The notes: generated by a model not told the origin, from the letters alone. Shown: positions 1 through 8,226, counted from the first letter of the stretch. The stretch: 12,324 nucleotides of DNA from an uncultured Aquificales bacterium (GCA_964453345.1 CAYVOC010000028.1:4833-17156), one strand, 5' to 3'. Numbers and translations: made by a program.

Positions 1-791
1 CCGAGTTTCAACTGTTTGAAAATCTTAAGACCGGGTGGGACCTTCTCGGCGTGGCCCAGAAAGAGATAACCTTCCGGCTTCATTATGGAGTGAAAGGTCT
101 TCAGAACCTTCACCTGATCCCTTTCTTCAAAGTATATGAGCATGTTTCTGGAAAAGATAACATCAAACTCCCCAAGCGACCTCATGGCTCTATCGTCCAT
201 AACGTTTGCAACAGCGAAATTGACGGCGTTTTTCAGCTTTGATCTGACCTCGTAGCAGTCCCCCTTCTCAACAAAATACTTCCTGAGGAGGTTGTCAGGA
301 ACCCTGTGAACGCTTCTTTTGGAAAAGAGTCCCCTTTCAGCCTTCCTTATGGCGTCGGAATCTATATCCACCCCCACAAGCAGAAAGTCCCTTCTGTTTA
401 CAAAATCCCCCTCCTCCATAAGGTATATGGCTATGCTGTATAGCTCCTCCCCGGTGGAGCAGGGGGCACAGAGTATGCTTATCACCTCACCCTTAGGCCT
501 TTTGGCATCCAGTTCCGGGATAACGTATCTGATGAGGGTTTCAAACTGATGCTCCTCACGGAAAAAGTAGGTCTCATTGACGGTCACAGCATTAACCAGA
601 TCCTGAAAGATCCTTCCCTTCTGCTTAAGTTCAACGAGGAAGCTCTCAAAGTCCCTGAATCCGTCTCTTTTAGCTATATCCTCTATCTTGCGCCTGTAGG
701 TGGAATGCAGCTTTTCGTCGTCTATGAAAATTCCCGTTTCCTGCTGCAAAAGATCCCTTATGCGCTCAAGCTGCCTCTCGGTAAGTTTCAT
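1..791 (-). CDS. cheR: Chemotaxis protein-glutamate O-methyltransferase CheR (3' end truncated by window edge)
   Basis: Not in the ORF track; translated by hand from the ATG at 791, which overlaps the cheB stop (ATGA): MKLTERQLERIRDLLQQETGIFID...VTVNETYFFREEHQFETL...ISILCAPCSTGEELYSIA...LVGVDIDSDAIRKAERGLF...FDVIFSRNMLIYFE...MKPEGYLFLGHAEKV...KQLKL. Open to position 1, with the CheR motifs (T.FFRE, CSTGEE.YS, F.RN.LIYF, LFLGHAE). Confidence 0.95.
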   Translation of the reverse strand, partial: MKLTERQLERIRDLLQQETGIFIDDEKLHSTYRRKIEDIAKRDGFRDFESFLVELKQKGRIFQDLVNAVTVNETYFFREEHQFETLIRYVIPELDAKRPKGEVISILCAPCSTGEELYSIAIYLMEEGDFVNRRDFLLVGVDIDSDAIRKAERGLFSKRSVHRVPDNLLRKYFVEKGDCYEVRSKLKNAVNFAVANVMDDRAMRSLGEFDVIFSRNMLIYFEERDQVKVLKTFHSIMKPEGYLFLGHAEKVPPGLKIFKQLKL

Positions 792-1792
792 GAGGCAACC
801 CTTATGAGCTCCCTGACTATCTCCGGGAAGGGCAACACCTTAACGGCTCCTCCCCTGAGAGCCGCCTCCTTGGGCATACCGTAAACAACGGCCGTTTCTT
901 CACTCTCGGCTATGGTGTAGGCACCAAGCTTTTTCAAAGCGACCATGCCGTCTGCCCCGTCATCGCCTATGCCTGTAAGAACCACCGCCACAATCTTTTT
1001 GGGATCCATCACCTCAAGGGCCGAGAAGAACATCTCATCAACAGAGGGCACAAAGAAGCGCCGGGGAACATTGGGAACGAGCCTGCAGACTATTCTGCCG
1101 TTATCCCTGGAAAAGTTTAAATGATACCCTCCCTTGGCTATTATGATCTTGCCAGGCTCGAGGACCTCTCCGTTTTTCGCCTCCACGACCTTCAACCTGC
1201 TTACAGAATTCAACCTTTCTGCAAACCTTGCGGTGAAGTTCGAAGGCATGTGCTGAACCACACACACCGGATAGGGGTAATCGGCGGGCAGGCTCCTCGC
1301 TATGGTCTCTATCAGACCGGGACCTCCGGTTGAGGCGCCTATAAGAACATATCTTTCATCTGTGGATGGGACAAAATCGCTGGTATCGATAACCTGGCGG
1401 GATCTGTGCCCGTCCAGGCACACTTCAAATATTCTCCGAACCTGGGACCTTACTATCTCCTCAATCTCCTTAACGCTTGCAGCAAGGGTGCCGGGCCTGG
1501 TCAGATAGGTAAAGCAATTACAGGTGGGAACGGCAAAGGAGGAAACATCCATATCGGGCGGAACGATGATCAATGCGCCCTTACACCTCTTTTCGGCCCA
1601 GGATACAAGCTCCCTCCACAAAGGAGTGTCCTCATCGACATCCATCACCGCAAGATCGAAGGACTCAACCTCCGCTATGTTCAAAGCCTCTCTCACATCC
1701 TTGGCGTAAACAACACCGATCAGAAGATCCTCAAGAATCTTACCGAGTATCCTTCTGGCTATGGCAGATCTTGAAACAAGAAGCGCCCTCAT
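788..1792 (-). CDS. cheB: Chemotaxis methylesterase CheB (degenerate N-terminal receiver plus methylesterase domain)
   Basis: Catalytic motifs IGASTGG (Ser), VVQHMP (His) and LTGIGDDGADG (Asp), plus FVPSVD and VVYGMP. The N-terminal ~120 aa are REC-like. ATGA overlaps with both cheW and cheR. Confidence 0.96.
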   Translation of the reverse strand: MRALLVSRSAIARRILGKILEDLLIGVVYAKDVREALNIAEVESFDLAVMDVDEDTPLWRELVSWAEKRCKGALIIVPPDMDVSSFAVPTCNCFTYLTRPGTLAASVKEIEEIVRSQVRRIFEVCLDGHRSRQVIDTSDFVPSTDERYVLIGASTGGPGLIETIARSLPADYPYPVCVVQHMPSNFTARFAERLNSVSRLKVVEAKNGEVLEPGKIIIAKGGYHLNFSRDNGRIVCRLVPNVPRRFFVPSVDEMFFSALEVMDPKKIVAVVLTGIGDDGADGMVALKKLGAYTIAESEETAVVYGMPKEAALRGGAVKVLPFPEIVRELIRVAS

Positions 1793-3123
1793 TTCACCTT
1801 AAATTCCCTTGGCACGATGGACTTCAGGTTCACAAGATTTATGAGTTCACCATCCTTCTCAACCACACCGCCCAGGGAATGCCCGCTGTCAGCGGCCCGC
1901 TTGACCTTATCCTTGGGCACAACGATCAGATCCTCCACCTCGTTTATGAGGAAAGCTCCCTCATTTTTCCCATCCTTAAAAATAAGGATCTTCGCCTCAT
2001 CGGGATCAACCTTCTCCCCCACAACCTCATCCAAGGCGTAGATCACGTGATAGTAGTTTCTGGTGACAACGATCCCCTTGGCATAGGGATTATCGGACAG
2101 ACAGAGCGAAACCTTCGCCTCGGAGTAGTCCACAATACCAAGAACATTCTCCATATCCACGGCGAACCTCTTGTTTCCTATCCTGACGATCAGAATCTGC
2201 TTCTCATCAGAAGATACCCTGTCTGAAACATCCTCTTTCCTTTTGCTCTTCAGGGAGTATTTATCCACCATCTCATCCAGAAACTCTCCGGAAACAACGG
2301 AAACAAGCTCATCCCCATACATGAAAAAGCTGCAGAATATATCCTCCTTCTTACCAACACTCATATCCTCCTCTTTAACGGGAACCATATCCACTATATC
2401 ATCAACGAGAAACCCCACGGACCTTTCCGGATCGCCAACGATGACAGCCACACTCCCCTCCTCCCCGTCAATCCCTAAGAACCTCTTAAGATCACCCAGC
2501 TTCACAATACGACCGTTGAAGGAGTAAACCCTGTTCATCCAGTCTCCGCCCGGAAGCCTCACAAGCTTCTCCCTCTCTATCTCCTCTACCTTTCTGACCT
2601 TCTGGCAGGGGAAGGCCACCATCATGCTTCCCACCCTGACAAGGAGAAAGATCTCCTCATCCGCCGCAACCTCTTCCTTATGCTCTTCCGCCTCTGTTTT
2701 TTCCTCGCAGAAGGCCAAAATCTCCGCCTTCCTTTCAAGATACTCAGGCGAGATCTCCATTATCACCTGGCCTTCCTCGGTGTGGTAATCGACAATGGTC
2801 TCCTCAAAGGCCTTCTCAACCTCCCTTATCCGAACGATTTTATCAGCGAGAAAGGCATACAGCCTCCCCTTGTATGACACCCCTATGGCGATCTTCCCCA
2901 TGGGATTCTGACAAACGCCCTCCCCCACCTCCAGGAACCTTTCCGGACACAGGAGGGGATACACATACTCACCGTGCCTGACCAGCCCGATCACATAATC
3001 GGGCATGCCCGGCACCCTCTCCACCTCCTCCACATCAAAGACGGCCTTAACATAATCAGCCTTTATGGCGTAAATTCTGCCGCCTATGGAAAACTCCAAT
3101 ATATTAACCCTGAAACCACCCAT
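1789..3123 (-). CDS. cheW: CheW-family coupling protein with three tandem CheW domains (444 aa)
   Basis: Three CheW-like repeats begin NILEFSIGGRIYAIKADYVKAV, IFLLVRVGSMMVAFPCQKVRKV and QILIVRIGNKRFAVDMENVLGI, each with a later AFLADKI/GFLVDDI/AFLINEV strand. Start moved from 3159 to the ATG at 3123, 1 nt after the MCP stop and preceded by a GAGGTG Shine-Dalgarno. Confidence 0.88.
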   Translation of the reverse strand: MGGFRVNILEFSIGGRIYAIKADYVKAVFDVEEVERVPGMPDYVIGLVRHGEYVYPLLCPERFLEVGEGVCQNPMGKIAIGVSYKGRLYAFLADKIVRIREVEKAFEETIVDYHTEEGQVIMEISPEYLERKAEILAFCEEKTEAEEHKEEVAADEEIFLLVRVGSMMVAFPCQKVRKVEEIEREKLVRLPGGDWMNRVYSFNGRIVKLGDLKRFLGIDGEEGSVAVIVGDPERSVGFLVDDIVDMVPVKEEDMSVGKKEDIFCSFFMYGDELVSVVSGEFLDEMVDKYSLKSKRKEDVSDRVSSDEKQILIVRIGNKRFAVDMENVLGIVDYSEAKVSLCLSDNPYAKGIVVTRNYYHVIYALDEVVGEKVDPDEAKILIFKDGKNEGAFLINEVEDLIVVPKDKVKRAADSGHSLGGVVEKDGELINLVNLKSIVPREFKVK

Positions 3124-3124
3124 C

Positions 3125-5035
3125 TTATGCACCTCTCGCCAGGCTGTCTGCAATGGCATTCAGCCTGTTGGCAGCCCTCCTCATCTCCTTAACAATGTCA
3201 AGGACCTTCTCAGCAGCCACCTTGGAATCGGAGGTGTTGCTCAGGGCAAGCTCGGCAGCCTCCTTTATCTGCTCAAGGGCAATTTTGGACTGCTCAAGGG
3301 CCGTCTTTATCTCCTCAATGGAGTTCACCAGCCTGTCCACAGACTCGGCACAGCCCTCAAGGCTCTTTTTGTTCTTGTTGAACTCCACCTCCAGCCTTGC
3401 AAGCTTCTGATACTCCCTCTCCTGGGTTATGATCATGTTGTTCAGATCCTCAATAATAAGGTCGTTTCCTTCGTTCACCCTGTCAATAATCTCGATCACT
3501 TTATCAAGGTTCTGCTCAGAAGTAACTGCAAGATTCCTTATATCCTTGCTCACATCGCTGAACCCGGAACCGAGATCCCCCACCCTTATCGCCTCAACGG
3601 CTCCGGATATGGAGAGAGCCGCCGTCTGAACAATAGCAAGCTCGATCTTTCTGATGGCGTGGTTCAGCTGGACGATTTTATTCCTCACATTGTTCAGCTC
3701 TTCTCTAAATCTGGCGCACTCCTTTATGTTCTCCCTGAGAAAGTCCTTAAGCCCGGACACCTCCTCCACTATTCTATCGTAGTCCTCAAGCGCCTTCCTG
3801 AACCTGTTCTGTAGCTCCTTCACCATCTTAAGGGCCTCGTCAGCCAGTTCTATGCACTTTTCCACGATCTCCGTATTCTTTGCGGCGTCATGCTTGGATA
3901 TATCGGCAGCCTGCCTCGACTGCTCAAGGGCCTCAACCGTCTGGGAAACGGAGCTTTCAAGCTCTTCAATGGAGCTGACCGCCTCGCCGGCTGCGGTCGC
4001 AACATCGTTTGCAGCCCTTGAAACATCCCCCTCCTTCGCCTTAGACGCCGATTGCTCAAGAAGAGCAGCCGCCTCCCTTATCTGGGAAAAGGCGAGGCTC
4101 TGGGTGGATATGGTGGCGCTTATCTGGCTTGCAGCTCCGGCAGACTCTTCGGCAGCGGAGGCTATGGTTTCAGCACCCCTATGAAGTTTTTCCACCTCGG
4201 AAACCACCTCGTCCACCGTGATTCTGAGTGAATCCATCAGCTCGGCACAGGATTTGAGATGATCGTTCAAAAGGGCCATGCCTTCTGAGATTTTCCCGAC
4301 CCTCTCGGCGCCGCCCTTCACCCTCTCTCCCATGCCCTTTATGGCCTCTCTGGTCCTGCCTATCTGCTCCTGCACCTGCTCAATTATGCTTCTTATCTTT
4401 GCGGCGTAGCTGTCGGACTTGGCGGCCATGGCCCTTATCTCAGAGGCTATGGCGGCGAAACTCCTCCCCTTCTCCCTCGCCCTGGCGGCTTCAATGGCGG
4501 CGTTAAGCGCAAGAAGCGAGGTCTTTTTGGCGAGCTTCGTAATGAGATTGACTATATCGGTTATGCCCCCGTCCCTTGAGAAGAGCTCGTCGATTTTATC
4601 CACTATCACACCGGACTTGGAGGATATGTTCTCCACACCGGATTCAGTCTCCCTCAAATCATCCGCCGCCTCTAAGAAAAGCTCCCTCACATTTTCTATG
4701 GTATTTACCACCTGGGTGGCCTCAACCTGCAGCAGATGGGAGTTCTGCTTTATCTGGGTAACGGCGCTCAGGCTCTCCTCGCATGCACCTGCGGTCTCCT
4801 CAGCCGCAGAAGCTATCTGTTCCATGGACTTCTTAAGCACCTCTATCTTGTCCACTCCCTCATCAACCTGCTTCACGAGATACTCCGCCACCTCCTGCAT
4901 ATCCTGCACATAGGAGAGATCCACCGACGGCTCCTCAGGCTGTCCCTGCTCTTCTAAAGGCACCTTCTCTTCTTTATACTCAGCAGCTCCCTGCTCTTCG
5001 GTCTTTACTTTTTTGGACAGCTTCACAAACCCCAT
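3125..5035 (-). CDS. Cytoplasmic methyl-accepting chemotaxis protein with two signalling domains (DosM-like), 636 aa
   Basis: No hydrophobic TM segment and an all-helical composition. Tip 1 is KTSLLALNAAIEAARAREKGRSFAAIASEIRAMA and tip 2 is QTAALSISGAVEAIRVGDLGSGFSDVSKDIRNLA. Methylation-type IASAAEE motifs occur twice. Start set at ATG 5035 with a GGAGGTG SD (5041-5047) rather than TTG 5056. Confidence 0.9.
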   Translation of the reverse strand: MGFVKLSKKVKTEEQGAAEYKEEKVPLEEQGQPEEPSVDLSYVQDMQEVAEYLVKQVDEGVDKIEVLKKSMEQIASAAEETAGACEESLSAVTQIKQNSHLLQVEATQVVNTIENVRELFLEAADDLRETESGVENISSKSGVIVDKIDELFSRDGGITDIVNLITKLAKKTSLLALNAAIEAARAREKGRSFAAIASEIRAMAAKSDSYAAKIRSIIEQVQEQIGRTREAIKGMGERVKGGAERVGKISEGMALLNDHLKSCAELMDSLRITVDEVVSEVEKLHRGAETIASAAEESAGAASQISATISTQSLAFSQIREAAALLEQSASKAKEGDVSRAANDVATAAGEAVSSIEELESSVSQTVEALEQSRQAADISKHDAAKNTEIVEKCIELADEALKMVKELQNRFRKALEDYDRIVEEVSGLKDFLRENIKECARFREELNNVRNKIVQLNHAIRKIELAIVQTAALSISGAVEAIRVGDLGSGFSDVSKDIRNLAVTSEQNLDKVIEIIDRVNEGNDLIIEDLNNMIITQEREYQKLARLEVEFNKNKKSLEGCAESVDRLVNSIEEIKTALEQSKIALEQIKEAAELALSNTSDSKVAAEKVLDIVKEMRRAANRLNAIADSLARGA

Positions 5036-5063
5036 GACTGCACCTCCCAAAAACAACTTACTG

Positions 5064-5175
5064 CTTGGTTAAAAATAAGCCTAATTCACCTAAAAAGCAC
5101 ACTGCGATCTTGGTTAATTTTTAGTTAATTTTCCAGCGCCCAGAATCAAGACCATGAAAGCTACAGGGAATTAAC
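5064..5175 (-). promoter_or_regulatory. AT-rich upstream region of the chemosensory operon with repeated TTAAC elements (candidate regulator site)
   Basis: GTTAATTTT at 5113-5121 and 5124-5132 (11-bp period; minus strand TTAA-N7-TTAAC). CTTGGTTAA at 5064-5072 and 5109-5117. An inverted copy AATTAAC lies at 5169-5175. Confidence 0.45.
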
Positions 5176-5982
5176 TCACAGCCCCAGAATCCTGCGGGCA
5201 TTTTCCCCGAGTATCAGCCTCTTGGCCTCATGGCTTATGGGAAGTTCCATAACTTCCGCCTTTGCCCTCTTCATTGACACTCCCGGCCAATCGGTTCCAA
5301 AGAGAAACTTTTCTTTTAAAGCCTCCATTCTCGGGAAGTAATCAAGAAGTTTCTTTACAGGTAAACCGGAAATGTCAATGTAAACGTTCCTTCGATGACG
5401 GACTATGAACTGGGCGTCCTGATACCAGAAGCCCCTCCCCCCGTGGCACATTATTAAAATAAGATCCGGGAAATCTTCTGCAACCTCGTTCACGTATTTC
5501 GGATCGCCGTATCTGTCGGCGGATCCCGGGAAGATGGAGGTGCCGGCGTGAACCATGACGGGCAAGCCCTCGTTCTCGCATATGTAATACACCGGATAGA
5601 GCCTGCGATCGGTAAGCTCAAAGCGCATGTGAACGGGGTGAAGCTTTAGCCCCCTCACCCCGAGCTTTAAAAACTTCAGCATCTCCCTGTAGGGATGGGC
5701 GCAGAGATGGGGATTTATGCTGGCAAAGGGCAGAAGCCTTTCGCTGGCCTTGCAAAACTCCACAACCTCTTCCGTTGTGGTGTCCCCGGTGACATGGGGA
5801 GCCCTCTCGGCAAGAACAACCGCATAGTCAACCTGCGCCTCATCCATGTATCTTAGCAGATTCTCAGGGGTGTAGTTCTCAACAAGCCACATATCCTCCG
5901 GATTCATCCTGCGCCACCAGTCCATAACCCAGGGCTTCCAGCTTTCGGGTCCCGCATGGTGGGTGTGTATATCAACAACCAT
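5176..5982 (-). CDS. Amidohydrolase family 2 (TIM-barrel metal-dependent hydrolase), 268 aa
   Basis: N-terminal VVDIHTH metal motif, GVRGLKLHP, LPVMVHAG, LIMCHGG, NVYIDISG and FLFGTDWP. True start is ATG 5982 with a GGAGG SD; the ORF-track extension to 6318 is antisense to manC. Confidence 0.9.
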   Translation of the reverse strand: MVVDIHTHHAGPESWKPWVMDWWRRMNPEDMWLVENYTPENLLRYMDEAQVDYAVVLAERAPHVTGDTTTEEVVEFCKASERLLPFASINPHLCAHPYREMLKFLKLGVRGLKLHPVHMRFELTDRRLYPVYYICENEGLPVMVHAGTSIFPGSADRYGDPKYVNEVAEDFPDLILIMCHGGRGFWYQDAQFIVRHRRNVYIDISGLPVKKLLDYFPRMEALKEKFLFGTDWPGVSMKRAKAEVMELPISHEAKRLILGENARRILGL

Positions 5983-5985
5983 CTC

Positions 5986-6015
5986 TTGCCTCCCGCAACG
6001 GTAAGCTGTTATCCT
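5986..6015 (+). promoter_or_regulatory. Putative sigma70 promoter for the manC-prmA-cinA-tRNA operon
   Basis: TTGCCT (5986-5991), 18-nt spacer, TATCCT (6010-6015) with TGn extension (TG at 6007-6008). GAGGGTG SD at 6035-6041 before the GTG start. Confidence 0.4.
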
Positions 6016-6046
6016 AAGCCTCAAAATAACCGATGAGGGTGCGATA

Positions 6047-7420
6047 GTGAAGAGCGTTATTCTGTCGGGAGGGGGTGGAACGAGACTCTTCCCCATCTCA
6101 AGGGAGTCCTTCCCCAAGCAGTTCATAAGGCTGTCCGGGCAGGAATCCCTCATTGAGAAGACATACAAAAGAGCGCTTCTCATCTCCTCCCCCGAGGATG
6201 TGGCCGTATCAACATCCGAAAGGTATGAGCTTTTAACCGTGGACAGGCTGGGTAGCGGGATAAGGCTCATCATAGAGCCGGAACCCAGAAACACCACCGG
6301 AGCCATTCTTTTCGCCATAAAATACGCATGCGAAACCTTCGGCTGGGACGAGGAGGAAGTCTTCGCCTTTATGCCCTCCGATCATGAGATCAGCCCTAAT
6401 GAGGCCTTCAGAGAGACCCTGCTCAAGGCCGAGAGGATCGCTCAAGAGGGCTATATCGTGGTGATAGGGATCAGGCCCGATCATCCGGCCACGGGCTACG
6501 GATACATAAGGATCGGGGAACCCCTGCCCGAGGGCTACAGGGTGGAAAGATTCGTGGAAAAGCCCTCGGAGGAAAGGGCCAGAGAAATGCTGGAAGAGGG
6601 CAACTATCTGTGGAACAGCGGCATCTATGTGGGCAAGGCAAAAACCTTCCTTGAAGAATTGAAAAGATGCGCCCCCGAATTCGCCCCCTTTGTGGATATG
6701 GATCTTGAAGAGCTAAAGGAGAACTTTAGCAAGTTGCCCAGCATGGCCATAGACTATTCCTTAGCCGAAAGAAGCTCAAAAATGGCTGTCGTCCCTGCAG
6801 GTTTCAACTGGAGCGATGTGGGATCCTGGGACGCCCTATCCGAGCTTCTTCCTAAGGATGAGAAGGGCAATTCTGTGGCGGCCAAGGACGCCGTGATCAT
6901 GGATGCAAAGAACACCACCATCATCGCCAGAAAGACCATACCCATAGTGATAGGAACCGAGGATCTTATCGTGGTTGAGGACTCAGATGTCCTTCTCGTG
7001 GCAAAGAAGGGAACCACCCAGAAGGTAAAGGAGGCCGTTGCGATTCTCAAAAGTAAGGGCAGGAAAGAGGCGGTTGAGCACAAAAGGGTCCACAGGCCCT
7101 GGGGATACTACGAGGTGCTCCTCACGGGAGACAGGTTTAAGGTAAAAAAGATCCATGTGCTTCCCGGAAAGAGGCTGAGCCTCCAGATGCACCACCACAG
7201 AAGCGAGCACTGGGTCGTCGTTAAGGGAACTGCAAAGATAACCGTGGGAGAGAAAACCTTCTTTCTGCATGAAAACGAAAGCACCTATGTCCCCAAGTCC
7301 ACCCTCCACCGGATAGAGAACGTGGGCAAGATCCCCTTGGAGATCGTTGAGATACAGGCGGGGGAATACGTGGAAGAAGACGACATAATAAGGGTGGAGG
7401 ACGATTGGGAAAGGAAATGA
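6047..7420 (+). CDS. manC: Bifunctional mannose-1-phosphate guanylyltransferase / mannose-6-phosphate isomerase
   Basis: VILSGGGGTRLFPISR..PKQF, EPEPRNT, PSDH, TGYGYI, FVEKP, WNSG and WSDVGSW, followed by a C-terminal cupin (RPWG, LSLQMHHHRSEHWVVV, EDDIIRVED). Confidence 0.96.
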   Translation: MKSVILSGGGGTRLFPISRESFPKQFIRLSGQESLIEKTYKRALLISSPEDVAVSTSERYELLTVDRLGSGIRLIIEPEPRNTTGAILFAIKYACETFGWDEEEVFAFMPSDHEISPNEAFRETLLKAERIAQEGYIVVIGIRPDHPATGYGYIRIGEPLPEGYRVERFVEKPSEERAREMLEEGNYLWNSGIYVGKAKTFLEELKRCAPEFAPFVDMDLEELKENFSKLPSMAIDYSLAERSSKMAVVPAGFNWSDVGSWDALSELLPKDEKGNSVAAKDAVIMDAKNTTIIARKTIPIVIGTEDLIVVEDSDVLLVAKKGTTQKVKEAVAILKSKGRKEAVEHKRVHRPWGYYEVLLTGDRFKVKKIHVLPGKRLSLQMHHHRSEHWVVVKGTAKITVGEKTFFLHENESTYVPKSTLHRIENVGKIPLEIVEIQAGEYVEEDDIIRVEDDWERK

Positions 7421-8226
7421 AGCTGTATCAGCTGAGGCTGAAGGTTGACACAGAAGAAGAGGCAAATAGCATTGCGGAAAGCCTTGAGCCGGACGGGGGG
7501 TGGGCGATAGAGGAGACCGAAGATGGGCTGTATCTTCTGGCCTACTTCTCAGATCCCCCCGAAAAATACAAAGATAACCTCACAGAGGCGCCTGACTGGG
7601 AGGAAAGATTCAGGGAAGGCTTCAAAGGGGTTGCGGTTGATCCCTTCTTTGTGAGGCCTCCCTGGATGGATGAAAGACCCGGATACACAAACATCATCAT
7701 CTACCCCGGAACGGGCTTCGGGACCGGGGAACACCCCACAACCCAGGGGATGCTGAAACTGCTGGCGGAGGAACCCGAAGGGGGCATGGTGCTGGATGTG
7801 GGATGCGGATCGGGCATCCTCTCAATAGCCGCCGAAAAGCTGGGGGCGGAAAGGATCATCGCCTGCGATATAGATCCGTTAGCCATATCCAACTGTCTCC
7901 ACAATCTAAAGCTGAACAAATGCCAAAAGGTCATCCCCCTTCTGGGATCCGCCACATGCCTGAAGGCCAAATTCGACATCATCTTGGCAAACCTCGACTT
8001 TTTCACCCTCGTCTCCCTCAGAGACGAGCTGTGCAACCTGCTTGATCCAAGGGGAAAGCTGCTCATATCCGGGTTCCTCGTGGAGGACGAAGAGACCGTC
8101 AAGGAGCTTTACCGTCAGAGGGGCTTGATCCCCACCCGCAGTTTAAGAATAAAGGGGTGGAGCAGTTTACATCTTGAGAGAAGTGAAGTAAAAGATCCAC
8201 GATGCTGGCAGAAATCATCGCCATAG
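7417..8226 (+). CDS. prmA: 50S ribosomal protein L11 methyltransferase
   Basis: DWEE.F, VRPPW, IYPGTGFGTGEHPTT, VLDVGCGSGILSIAAEKLGA, DIDPLA, DIILAN and LLISG. Start set at ATG 7417 (ATGA overlap with the manC stop). Confidence 0.92.
   Translation: MKLYQLRLKVDTEEEANSIAESLEPDGGWAIEETEDGLYLLAYFSDPPEKYKDNLTEAPDWEERFREGFKGVAVDPFFVRPPWMDERPGYTNIIIYPGTGFGTGEHPTTQGMLKLLAEEPEGGMVLDVGCGSGILSIAAEKLGAERIIACDIDPLAISNCLHNLKLNKCQKVIPLLGSATCLKAKFDIILANLDFFTLVSLRDELCNLLDPRGKLLISGFLVEDEETVKELYRQRGLIPTRSLRIKGWSSLHLERSEVKDPRCWQKSSP

Noticed and set aside
51..884. Plus-strand ORFs 51..242, 319..549 and 549..884
   Set aside because: Antisense shadows of cheR and cheB, with no recognisable motifs.
1121..4957. 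Many plus-strand ORFs up to 242 aa (e.g. 1573..2226, 3086..3814, 4419..4913)
   Set aside because: All lie antisense to cheB, cheW or the MCP. Their S/L/F-rich composition is the mirror of E/K-rich sense codons.
5113..5128. Calling the TTAA-N7-TTAAC site a true CtrA box
   Set aside because: CtrA is alphaproteobacterial, and gene content and codon style here do not look alphaproteobacterial. Kept only as a generic tandem-repeat site.
5036..5175. Sigma28 or sigma54 promoter for the che operon
   Set aside because: No TAAA-N15-GCCGATAA or TGGCAC-N5-TTGC match at the right spacing was found by eye.
5983..6318. 112-aa N-terminal extension of the amidohydrolase ORF
   Set aside because: Antisense to the manC 5' end. 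The family motif (DIHTH) and an SD place the start at 5982.
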